Below are positions 1 to 7,788 of a stretch of DNA of 27,192 nt, piece by piece (positions within the stretch are counted from its first letter, which is position 1; each line of letters begins with the position of its first letter). A program made the position numbers and the translations under genes. Source of the DNA: Candidatus Methanocomedens sp. (lineage in GTDB: Archaea > Halobacteriota > Methanosarcinia > Methanosarcinales > Methanocomedenaceae); contig QBUR01000192.1 in NCBI GenBank assembly GCA_013374385.1, positions 1-27,192 on the forward strand, read 5' to 3'. The notes beneath the pieces were generated by a model. The model made no database searches. It saw nothing but the letters and a program-made list of their open reading frames with translations, and was not told the DNA's origin.

Positions 1-78
1 CAGAATACTTTTTGATAAACTATTTCTACATTATTAACATCAATATTCATTATCACAGCACAAGTTTCATTCACTTAG

Positions 79-999
79 GTGTTCGATTTGAAAAATAACC
101 AGTTAAATAATTTAAAGGATGTAGTAAGTGAATCACATCAAGCCAGAACTGTGAGAGTGGCCGGTGAATGGACACTGGTATTCAAAGCACCTTTTGAAGA
201 TTCAGATGTAATAAAGAGCATAAAGGATTTGCTACTGGAAATGGATATCGAAGATACTCAGTACCTTGATTCTGTAGTGATGGTGACAGGCAGGAAATCT
301 GTGAAAGTCCAAAGCAATCTTATTGAAGACCTGTTAGGCGATAGGAGTAATGTTCAGCTTATTGTCAATAATATGAAAGATGAACTTGACCGGGAGTTCG
401 GGTTCAAAGTTTATGAAAGAGGACCGCACAGGAGAATGGCCATACGGATACCTCTTAATGATATCAAGGATTTTACCGATACCTTCACATCGAGGATAAA
501 GGAAGCAGTATTGAAAAATGGCACCCTGATACCTGGCACAATAGGCGACATTATTTCGGTTTATTTGATAGCAGATGAAACGTTTGTACGGATTGAACCT
601 GATTCATTCTTCAGGGAAATATTAGACCTGCCAGTCGATACTGTATTGCCGACTGATGAAACAGAACAACCCACGGCTCAGGCAGGTATTATCTATGGAG
701 AATCACCACAGGAACTGGTGGAACTGGCACTGAACAAATTGAAACGGTACAGGAAATTCAGAGACATCAAATTTATAGATGCTGCCGGGGTAACTCATGA
801 TTTTGATGCATTTGCGGATAATGGGGATGACAGTGTACTGATAAAATATCTTGATACGCCCACATCCGAAGACATGAATATAATGAGATTGTACCTGGAT
901 GCCCTGCCTGCTAAAAACGGCTGGATACTGACTGGTGAACCGGCAATGGAGATGGAGCAAACTGAAAGAATTTCTATATTGACGATTAACGACCTATAA
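79..999 (+). CDS. Hypothetical acidic protein (306 aa) with a possible degenerate PD-(D/E)XK restriction-endonuclease-like C-terminal domain
   Basis: Long ORF (GTG start) co-oriented with radB, 16 nt upstream of it. The C-terminal THDFDAFADNGDDSVLIKY...NGWILTG...ISILTINDL resembles the Mrr/REase fold pattern but lacks the E of ExK. Confidence 0.6.
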   Translation: MFDLKNNQLNNLKDVVSESHQARTVRVAGEWTLVFKAPFEDSDVIKSIKDLLLEMDIEDTQYLDSVVMVTGRKSVKVQSNLIEDLLGDRSNVQLIVNNMKDELDREFGFKVYERGPHRRMAIRIPLNDIKDFTDTFTSRIKEAVLKNGTLIPGTIGDIISVYLIADETFVRIEPDSFFREILDLPVDTVLPTDETEQPTAQAGIIYGESPQELVELALNKLKRYRKFRDIKFIDAAGVTHDFDAFADNGDDSVLIKYLDTPTSEDMNIMRLYLDALPAKNGWILTGEPAMEMEQTERISILTINDL

Positions 1000-1015
1000 T
1001 AAAAAAAATGGGGTA

Positions 1016-1735
1016 TTGACACTGACAGCACATAACCATAGCGATAATGAAAATAATAGCGCTAAAGATAAGCGCATGCCCTCGGGGAGTGATAAACTGG
1101 ATACAATGCTTGGTGGAGGCATTGAACGCGGTATAATCACGCAGGTTTACGGTGCATCCAGTACTGGCAAGACAAATATCTGCACACAGCTTGCAGTACA
1201 TTGTATCAGGGGCGGGGAAAGAGTTGTGCTCATTGACACCGAGGGGTTCTCAGCTGAACGGTTCAGCCAGATGGCTCAAAATGATGCTAAAGAGATTGCT
1301 AAAGACCTTATCATCTATGAACCAAAGGATTTCCAGCAGCAGTATTCTGCAGTGGTGGATGTAGAAAAACTAGCCAGTACCGGTATCGGGCTGGTAATCG
1401 TAGATTCTGCTACTCTCTTTTACAGGTTCGGATTGTCGCCAGACGATGAAGGAAATGCGAGTGTGAGGCGTAAATTGGTGGAACAGATAGCAGGCCTTCA
1501 CAGACTGGCACGAAAATTCGATATGGCGGTGGTTATCACAAACCAGGTCTACACAGATACCAAAACCGGAGGAGTTTGTCCTCTGGGGGGTAACCTCATA
1601 GAACACCTTTCAAAGACCATAATCAAGATGGAGAAGACAGGTAATAACAGGCGCAGGGCCATCCTGATGAAACACCGCTCAAGGGAAGAAGGCCAGTCAG
1701 TAGAACTTATCATTACCGGTGAAGGTATTGTGTAG
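1016..1735 (+). CDS. radB: DNA repair and recombination protein RadB
   Basis: LDTMLGGG, Walker A GASSTGKT, Walker B LVIVDS, VVITNQV and the C-terminal KHR motif typical of RadB. No RadA N-terminal domain. The start may be TTG 1016 or ATG 1076. Confidence 0.93.
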   Translation: MTLTAHNHSDNENNSAKDKRMPSGSDKLDTMLGGGIERGIITQVYGASSTGKTNICTQLAVHCIRGGERVVLIDTEGFSAERFSQMAQNDAKEIAKDLIIYEPKDFQQQYSAVVDVEKLASTGIGLVIVDSATLFYRFGLSPDDEGNASVRRKLVEQIAGLHRLARKFDMAVVITNQVYTDTKTGGVCPLGGNLIEHLSKTIIKMEKTGNNRRRAILMKHRSREEGQSVELIITGEGIV

Positions 1736-1743
1736 GGAACATT

Positions 1744-2205
1744 ATGAACGATATACTATTCACCGCCGCCCAGCCTTTTAAGAGAAAGGGAACTGATTGC
1801 TTAAAAGAGAGTGAATTTGTAATGGCCCTGTCCATGGACCTTAACTGGTTCAAACCTGGTATTGCTAAGGCTTTTGTGCAGGCAGCCGTGGATAATGGTA
1901 TCATAATCAGGGAGGGAGGGATGCTAAAGGCACTGTTCAATCTGGAAGATGTGGAAATCCCTATGGGATTTAAGCCTGATGCGTCTGTATTCCAGGAAAA
2001 AGAAGTGTTTGAGCAGATAGTTGACAGGATTATGGCCAATACAGGGCTTGAAAAACAAAAGATTGTTGCGAGTATCAATAAGAAACGCAATGAGACTGCG
2101 GGGTTGTTCACCATTGAGGTGCTGGGAATATTAGTGGCCCAGGAGCACGGTGCCCAGGTGGATGACCTGATTGAGAAGTCATACAGGAACCTGTTGAAAG
2201 GGTGA
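1744..2205 (+). CDS. DUF2240 family protein
   Basis: AAQPFKRKG...EFVMALSMDLNWF...EIPMGFKP matches the archaeal DUF2240 pattern as I recall it. Confidence 0.8.
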   Translation: MNDILFTAAQPFKRKGTDCLKESEFVMALSMDLNWFKPGIAKAFVQAAVDNGIIIREGGMLKALFNLEDVEIPMGFKPDASVFQEKEVFEQIVDRIMANTGLEKQKIVASINKKRNETAGLFTIEVLGILVAQEHGAQVDDLIEKSYRNLLKG

Positions 2206-2224
2206 CAAATCGGTTGAGGGGAGT

Positions 2225-2273
2225 GGGAAGGAATATAATGACGGAAAAAGAGTGATCGTTCCAATTCCTTCCC
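2225..2273. repeat. 10-bp perfect inverted repeat (GGGAAGGAAT / ATTCCTTCCC) with a 29-nt spacer, between convergent genes
   Basis: Arms at 2225-2234 and 2264-2273 are exact reverse complements. Confidence 0.6.
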
Positions 2274-2355
2274 GTACTTATTGTACAATCATGGATTGAC
2301 TGTTCAGTTAATATATTAGAGCCAAGAGTGGAGTGAAAGTATTACAGCGGGAGGA

Positions 2356-3030
2356 TTATGGGTCTGGCAGTACAACCTGCCTATGCGTGGGATGGCTGCG
2401 GTTTTCTATTGAACTGGAAACATTACCAAGATACTTATGGGCAGCATTGACTGCAGCACATATCTCCTCTGGCATAGGTCTTCTGGAAAAGCCGCCCACC
2501 GGTACGTAGCGTATGATCTTGTACCTGATATTGCCGATGTTTGATAAAAAAGCTGCAATGTGCTCGGTCTCGCCGATATCCACGACATCAGGAATATAGA
2601 CTGTGTTTACCTCAAAATCGAATCCATGGTCATAGAGCAGTCGTATGGCTTCCAGTACCTTGCTATTATCCTTACCTGTATACCACTTGTGTAGTTGTGG
2701 ATCGAGTGCTTTCAGGTCTATGTGGATTGTAATGCCTGCAAGATTTTCCAGCAATGCCTTATCCAGGCAGTGTCCGTTGGTGGAAAGGATAACTTTGTGC
2801 CCGTCCAGTTCGTGTATAAGCGATAGCAGCCCCACCCTGTCAATGGTGGGTTCCCCTCCGGCCAGCATCACTTCCCTGCCTGTCGGTATTTGTTCGGCTA
2901 TGCGGGCGGGGGATATTTCTACACCCCCACAGTGCCGTTCTTTGCTAAAGCAGCCCCGGCACCTGAAGTTGCACCCTGAAACCTGCACCGTGCATCGTGC
3001 ATCTGAAAGGGCGAGATAGGATATACGCAT
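2356..3030 (-). CDS. Radical SAM protein, glycyl-radical activating enzyme (PflA/NrdG)-like
   Basis: CxxxCxxC (CNFRCRGC), GGEP, STNG, IDLKA and YTG..N..V motifs typical of PflA-like activases. Confidence 0.85.
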   Translation of the reverse strand: MRISYLALSDARCTVQVSGCNFRCRGCFSKERHCGGVEISPARIAEQIPTGREVMLAGGEPTIDRVGLLSLIHELDGHKVILSTNGHCLDKALLENLAGITIHIDLKALDPQLHKWYTGKDNSKVLEAIRLLYDHGFDFEVNTVYIPDVVDIGETEHIAAFLSNIGNIRYKIIRYVPVGGFSRRPMPEEICAAVNAAHKYLGNVSSSIENRSHPTHRQVVLPDP

Positions 3031-3090
3031 GATATGGGAAGTAATATCCTATAAGATATAACATATTAGACTGCTGTTTGCAATCGGTAA

Positions 3091-3507
3091 TGTGCAGTTT
3101 TTACAATACCATGCAATAAGTTTTATATTATGGATGAGATGGTGGAAGCTATACGGAGCAGGGCTGAATCTGATAATATTAACAATCTCAAGCCTATGAG
3201 GTCTAAAGATTCCAGTTTTCCATTGGCTGATAAAGTTGCCGATGTGGTATTCATATCAAACGTGTTCCATGAACTTGATGACCACGGCCTGGCACTAAAA
3301 GAAGTCTTGAGGATATTGAAAAGTGACGGCATCCTGGCAATGGTTGACTGGAAAAAAGAGGAGACACCGGTGGGACCGCCTGTGGAACACAGGTTCTCTG
3401 AACTGGATGTGATAGAAATATCACGGCTTAACGGATTCGAACTGGCGGAGACAAAGGAAGCTGGGCCGTACCATTACCTGGTAGTCTGTTCCAAACCGCC
3501 GGAGTGA
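3091..3507 (+). pseudogene. Class I SAM-dependent methyltransferase, N-terminally truncated (probable pseudogene)
   Basis: The ORF at 3130-3507 has the C-terminal half (DVVFISNVFHE, LKEVLRILKSDG, VDWKKEETPVGPP, GPYHY) but no glycine-rich motif I. In-frame upstream codons read *CAVFTIPCNKFY with TAA at 3088-3090. Confidence 0.65.
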
Positions 3508-3515
3508 GTGATAAT

Positions 3516-3725
3516 ATGGCTGAAAAAGTAGCATATATATATCCAGACAAATGTGATAATTCACCAATGTGCCCGCTGCCTGATGTATGCAAGCAGGGTG
3601 CCATTACACGCAGGAAGATTAATGTGTTCTTGATGGAAAAGCCTGTAGTTGACCATGAAAAGTGTATCGGGTGCGGGGTTTGTGTTGAGGATTGCACGGG
3701 CGCTACGAGTATGGTGGATAGGTGA
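3516..3725 (+). CDS. Small 4Fe-4S ferredoxin-like protein (69 aa)
   Basis: CxxCxxCxxxC (CIGCGVCVEDC) plus an atypical first motif CDNSPMCPLPDVC. SD GGAGTGA at 3501-3507 supports ATG 3516 rather than GTG 3504. Confidence 0.8.
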   Translation: MAEKVAYIYPDKCDNSPMCPLPDVCKQGAITRRKINVFLMEKPVVDHEKCIGCGVCVEDCTGATSMVDR

Positions 3726-3727
3726 CG

Positions 3728-3753
3728 TTTTTTGGGTGGTTGTTTTGGTTTTT
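3728..3753 (+). terminator. Oligo-T tracts after the ferredoxin gene (archaeal-type terminator)
   Basis: TTTTTT at 3728-3733 followed by TTTT and TTTTT runs, right after the stop at 3725. Confidence 0.45.
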
Positions 3754-3798
3754 AGGTGACCACAGCAGAGTGGGAAGAACTAACCACTTAACCTGTTG

Positions 3799-3851
3799 TT
3801 ACCCCTACACATTCACCAACTGACCAAAATCTTATCAATGTGTAGGGGCAA
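3799..3851 (+). promoter_or_regulatory. Inverted repeat (12-bp perfect core) bracketing the putative BRE/TATA of the Fic gene
   Basis: CCCCTACACATT (3802-3813) and AATGTGTAGGGG (3837-3848), extending to 14/15 bp. AAAATCTTATCAAT (3826-3839) lies about 22-35 nt upstream of ATG 3861, mostly in the spacer. Confidence 0.6.
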
Positions 3852-3860
3852 TAGTACATT

Positions 3861-4748
3861 ATGCCGTCCATCAGGAAAAAGACAGTAGGAAATGAACAAT
3901 ACTACTACCTTGAGCACAGCTACCGTGATGGCGGCAAAGTACACAAAAAAGAAAAGTACCTGGGAAAAACACTGCCCGAAAACATCGAAGCACTAAAACA
4001 TCAGCTCCTGACCGACGTTTACACCGAGCAGTGGTTTAACAAATTCGACAAGATACGCACACAATTCCAGGAAGAAACAAAAAGAACACCCCCCACTGCG
4101 AGGGAAAAAGAACTGGAAACTTTTGCCACCAGATTTACTTATGACACCAACCGCATTGAAGGCTCAACCCTCACACTCAGGGAAACAGCAAACCTACTTG
4201 AAAAAGGCATGACCCCTTCTGCCCGCCCCCTCGATGACGTAAAAGAAACCGAAAAGCACAGAAATACTTTCTACGAAATGTTGGACTACAAAAAAGACCT
4301 GTCCCTCAATACCATATTATATTTCCACAAAAAACTCTTCCTGGACACAAAAGCTGACATTGCCGGGCTCATCAGGTCGCATCAGGTAGCCATCTCAGGA
4401 AGCAAGTTCATGCCCCCGTTCCCGGCAGAAATACACCCGTTGCTCATGGATTTTTTCAAATGGTACAATAAGAACAAGAACAGCATGCACCCAGTGGAAC
4501 TGGCAGCCCTTGTCCACCTGAAACTCGTGACGATCCACCCATTTGCTGACGGCAATGGAAGAATCAGCAGGCTCATGATGAACTTTGTACTGCATAGATT
4601 CAGCTACCCCATGCTCAATATCCACTATGAAACAAAGACAGGTTACTACAATGCACTGGAAAGAGCCCAGACCAAACAGGACGATAATATATTCCTGCAA
4701 TGGTTTTTCAGGAGATTCCTGAAAGAATACAAGGGTTATCTCAAATAA
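3861..4748 (+). CDS. Fic family protein (class II) with an N-terminal transposase-like beta module
   Basis: Canonical HPFADGNGRISR (4536-4571) and inhibitory (S/T)xxxE(G/N) motif TNRIEG (4146-4163). The N-terminus reads IRKKTVGNEQYYYLEHSYRDGGKVHKKEKYLGK. Confidence 0.9.
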   Translation: MPSIRKKTVGNEQYYYLEHSYRDGGKVHKKEKYLGKTLPENIEALKHQLLTDVYTEQWFNKFDKIRTQFQEETKRTPPTAREKELETFATRFTYDTNRIEGSTLTLRETANLLEKGMTPSARPLDDVKETEKHRNTFYEMLDYKKDLSLNTILYFHKKLFLDTKADIAGLIRSHQVAISGSKFMPPFPAEIHPLLMDFFKWYNKNKNSMHPVELAALVHLKLVTIHPFADGNGRISRLMMNFVLHRFSYPMLNIHYETKTGYYNALERAQTKQDDNIFLQWFFRRFLKEYKGYLK

Positions 4749-4817
4749 CAATACAAATCGGACACATCGTTATATATTTAATATCATTCTGTTATAAAAA
4801 ATATAACAACCCCTTTG

Positions 4818-4825
4818 AAAAAGAA
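4818..4825 (-). terminator. T-tract downstream of tRNA-Ser
   Basis: The minus strand reads TTCTTTTT immediately after the tRNA 3' end. Confidence 0.45.
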
Positions 4826-4827
4826 GG

Positions 4828-4910
4828 CGCCGAGAGGGTGATTCGAACACCCGAGGGGCTAAGCCCCACAAGCTTTCCAAGCTTGCGCCATACCGCTAGA
4901 CTACCTCGGC
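4828..4910 (-). tRNA. tRNA-Ser(GGA)
   Basis: Minus strand: acceptor GCCGAGG/TCTCGGC, anticodon arm CAAGC-TT-GGA-AA-GCTTG, long variable arm GGGGC-TTA-GCCCC, T arm GGGTG-TTCGAAT-CACCC, discriminator G. CCA is not fully encoded (CCT). Confidence 0.95.
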
Positions 4911-4947
4911 ATTTTGATGCCTTATCTTGAATTTGACTGACCCGTTT

Positions 4948-5967
4948 TCAGTCAGTCTCACCTTTATTTTCCGTCTTCGCTGTCCAGCCCTTAGGATAAG
5001 TACCACCAAGCATCAGCACCCGTTTGGTGTCAGCCACCATACCAGTTTCAGCCTCCAACACGGCATCCGTGTCCATCAAAGCATCCGCCAGCGCTACCGC
5101 CTCACCCTTAATGCTCATGACCAGCACCCTATCGCCAGGGTTAATACCGGTATCGATCTTCACCACACCAGGTGCGGCCAGACTGGCCCCGTGACAAATG
5201 GCGTCCACAGCACTATCCCGTATTATTATACGGGGCAGATGCACAAGACCCAACTCCTTAGGCAGTATCACCCGGCGCAATTCACTCTCGTCCCCGGACT
5301 CCTGGTATATCACCATCGCATCCTTCAGGTCGAACAGCGTAATAGTGCTGTTATCTTCCCAAAACGGTCCACTGCGGGTACGCCGCAACTCCTGCATGTG
5401 CGCGCCCGTGCCCAATGCCGCGCCCATATCATGACATAACTTCCTGATATAGGTACCCGACTCACAACCAACGCGCATCAGCACATTGGTACCATCCATC
5501 TCCAGTATGTCAAGGTAATAAATATTTCGTATCCTTACCTCACGCTTCACAGCCGACTTGATAGGAGGTTTCTGGTAGATAGGACCTGTAAACTCCTCGA
5601 CAACCTTCATAAGTGCCGTCTTTTTCACGGTGGAGTGTAATTTCATTAAACATATATATTCTTTACCCGCACTCATCAGCGCGCCAACTGATTTCGTAGC
5701 ATCGCCCAGCATAACAGGAAGTAGTCCCGTAACCTTAGGGTCCAGTGTACCGCCGTGTCCAGCCTTTGGCAGGTCCAGTATCTTCTTCACCCACGACACC
5801 ACTTCATGGCTGGTGGGGCCAGAAGGTTTATCCAGGTTAATGACTCCGTTATTGATATGTTCCTTTATAGGGCGCTTATTTGGCAATAATCCATGTTCAG
5901 GGTCAGTGGTTTCATCCACCTTTTCCTTTAATTCCCGCTCGCTATCAGCAGGCAGTTTGTAATCCAT
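4948..5967 (-). CDS. cbf5: H/ACA RNA-guided pseudouridine synthase Cbf5
   Basis: INLDKPSGPTSHEV, GHGGTLDPKVTG (catalytic Asp), CESGTYIRKL and a C-terminal PUA domain. Confidence 0.97.
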   Translation of the reverse strand: MDYKLPADSERELKEKVDETTDPEHGLLPNKRPIKEHINNGVINLDKPSGPTSHEVVSWVKKILDLPKAGHGGTLDPKVTGLLPVMLGDATKSVGALMSAGKEYICLMKLHSTVKKTALMKVVEEFTGPIYQKPPIKSAVKREVRIRNIYYLDILEMDGTNVLMRVGCESGTYIRKLCHDMGAALGTGAHMQELRRTRSGPFWEDNSTITLFDLKDAMVIYQESGDESELRRVILPKELGLVHLPRIIIRDSAVDAICHGASLAAPGVVKIDTGINPGDRVLVMSIKGEAVALADALMDTDAVLEAETGMVADTKRVLMLGGTYPKGWTAKTENKGETD

Positions 5968-6513
5968 TTATCCCCTCAACTCCTTCTCTTTCATAGATTC
6001 AATAGCAGTAATCGCGACTTTCGCCGTAGCTTCCGGGCCCCACACACTAGACTCCAATACCAAGTCATAAGGAGTCAAATCGCTGATGTCAATATCATAG
6101 TACTCCTTATACCGCTTAGCTTCACTTTCCTGTCGCTTAACAGTTTCATGCATGGCCTGCTCCAGGGAAATATCCTCACGGGTTGCAATCCTGCGCGCCC
6201 TGACCTCTACATCGGTCTTTAGCATTATCTTCAGGTCCGCACCGTTCAGCATGCCCGATAGCCTCCCCTCGAAAAGGAAATTACCGCCTGTTTTCGACAT
6301 TTCTACCTGCCGCCTATCAATCTCATTATCAATAGCAGGGTCTACCTCAGCAATACGCCCGAACTCCTCCAGGCTCACCCCGCGCTCTTTAGCCATAGCG
6401 CGAAACAAATCGCCCGATGACACAGGCTTGAGATTGAAATGCTCAACAATGGTCTTTGAAAGAGTACTCTTACCACTGCCCGGAGGCCCGCTGATCGTAA
6501 TAATCATGTTCAT
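5968..6513 (-). CDS. cmk: Cytidylate kinase (archaeal type)
   Basis: [47 protein letters not shown]; canonical operon position. Confidence 0.95.
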   Translation of the reverse strand: MNMIITISGPPGSGKSTLSKTIVEHFNLKPVSSGDLFRAMAKERGVSLEEFGRIAEVDPAIDNEIDRRQVEMSKTGGNFLFEGRLSGMLNGADLKIMLKTDVEVRARRIATREDISLEQAMHETVKRQESEAKRYKEYYDIDISDLTPYDLVLESSVWGPEATAKVAITAIESMKEKELRG

Positions 6514-7121
6514 ATGCCGCCTATGTTCAGGCTCTTCCGTATTATCTGACTTATAGGCAAACTGCAGATAAAGTACCAGTATATCCAGTACTGTATAGGA
6601 CCAAGTGCAAATCCAGTCAGCATCTTTTCACCCCAAAACGGAAATACCAGTGTAGGGTCTGGATGTTGGCTTATGAAAAGGTACGCCCACATGAACAATG
6701 GCAGCGAGATAATACTAATATATGCCATGGGTTTGAACTGCTGCTTGCTCATCTTCATCTGGTCTGCCATCATGTCCGAGCGCTGTCCTTCAAGTTTTTT
6801 CAGTTTGGCCTGGTTATCTGCCACCTGGGCTTCCCTGAACTCCTGCTGAAAATGCTTCATCTGGTCCTGAACACGCCGCATCAATTCCCAGTCCATGGTA
6901 TATTTCTGTATCAGTGAAGCATACAGGCCAGTAATGGCGGCCATGACGAACAGCATAATGTGGAACGGAAGCATATCAGGCAGCGGACCAAGCATAATTT
7001 CAACCGCTTCTCCTACCTGTACCCTAAATTTTTCCCCTAAAATGATGATTCCGAACATCATTCCAAAACCAAGGGCCAATGCAGCCCTATCCAGTGTCTG
7101 CTTCCAATTTGTGTTCGACAT
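6510..7121 (-). CDS. DUF106 family membrane protein (EMC3/TMCO1/Oxa1 superfamily)
   Basis: TM helix, coiled-coil and QFKPM motif, with C-terminal [18 protein letters not shown]; canonical position after adk. Confidence 0.9.
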   Translation of the reverse strand: MSNTNWKQTLDRAALALGFGMMFGIIILGEKFRVQVGEAVEIMLGPLPDMLPFHIMLFVMAAITGLYASLIQKYTMDWELMRRVQDQMKHFQQEFREAQVADNQAKLKKLEGQRSDMMADQMKMSKQQFKPMAYISIISLPLFMWAYLFISQHPDPTLVFPFWGEKMLTGFALGPIQYWIYWYFICSLPISQIIRKSLNIGGI

Positions 7122-7133
7122 ATCTAAATCCTA

Positions 7134-7784
7134 TTACAAAATTAGTTCTATTACGCTGTTAATCTCTTTAAATATATCATCCACATTGCCAGTGCCATTC
7201 ACAGACTTTAACAGTCCTTTCTTACTATAATAATCAATAAGGGGATATGTCAGTCCATAATAAGAGACCAGCCTGGTCTTAACGGCATTCTCTGCATCAT
7301 CATCCCTCTGGTACAGTTCTCCGCCACAATGGTCACATTTCCCGTTCACTTCAGGCGGATTAAATTTAACATGATAGCTTACACCACATCGACACATCCT
7401 TCTGCCTGCCAATCTTTTTACCAGGACCTCATCAGGTACTTCGATATCAATCACCGCATCCAGTTCCTTACCAATATGGTCAATGATATCTTCCAATGCC
7501 TGAGCCTGCGGAATAGTCCTTGGATAACCATCAAGCAGGAATCCTTTATTAGTATCATGCTCAGACAACCTGTCCTCGATAATCCCAATCAGTACACTGT
7601 CTGGCACCAGTTTCCCCCGGTCCATGAATTTCTTTGCCTCAAGACCAAGTTGGGTGCCTCTTTCAATGTTGTCCCGCAAAATATCGCCTGTAGATATATG
7701 CGAGATATTGTATAGCTGGGATATCTTCATTGCCTGGGTACCCTTTCCGGCCCCAGGTGCACCCAGCAATACAAGATTGACCAT
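7134..7784 (-). CDS. adk: Adenylate kinase (bacterial-type, Zn-LID)
   Basis: GAPGAGKGTQA, HISTGDILR, GFLLDGYPRT, and LID RRMCRCG..YH...CDHCGG.LYQRDDD. Confidence 0.97.
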   Translation of the reverse strand: MVNLVLLGAPGAGKGTQAMKISQLYNISHISTGDILRDNIERGTQLGLEAKKFMDRGKLVPDSVLIGIIEDRLSEHDTNKGFLLDGYPRTIPQAQALEDIIDHIGKELDAVIDIEVPDEVLVKRLAGRRMCRCGVSYHVKFNPPEVNGKCDHCGGELYQRDDDAENAVKTRLVSYYGLTYPLIDYYSKKGLLKSVNGTGNVDDIFKEINSVIELIL

Positions 7785-7788
7785 TGTT

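Noticed and set aside
1929-1938. GGCACTGTTC, a 10-nt match to the IS6-like TIR at 26486
   Set aside because: It lies inside intact DUF2240 coding sequence (KALF) with no disruption.
2196-2205. GAAAGGGTGA matches tRNA-Ser 3'-region GAGAGGGTGA (4832-4841) at 9/10 in direct orientation, a possible att remnant
   Set aside because: It is too short, lies within the DUF2240 stop region, does not include the tRNA terminal bases, and there is no integrase. It is compatible with chance.
3037-3046. GGAAGTAATA recurs at 22927-22936, both copies intergenic
   Set aside because: Many chance 10-mer pairs are expected in 27 kb, and it probably reflects generic promoter-like composition.
4790-4808. TGTTATA-AAAAA-TATAACA palindrome between Fic and the tRNA
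   Set aside because: It is only 7 bp in very AT-rich sequence and is weak.
4700-5439. ORFs 4700-4930 and 4927-5439 on the plus strand
   Set aside because: They overlap the tRNA and cbf5 antisense and have no protein features.
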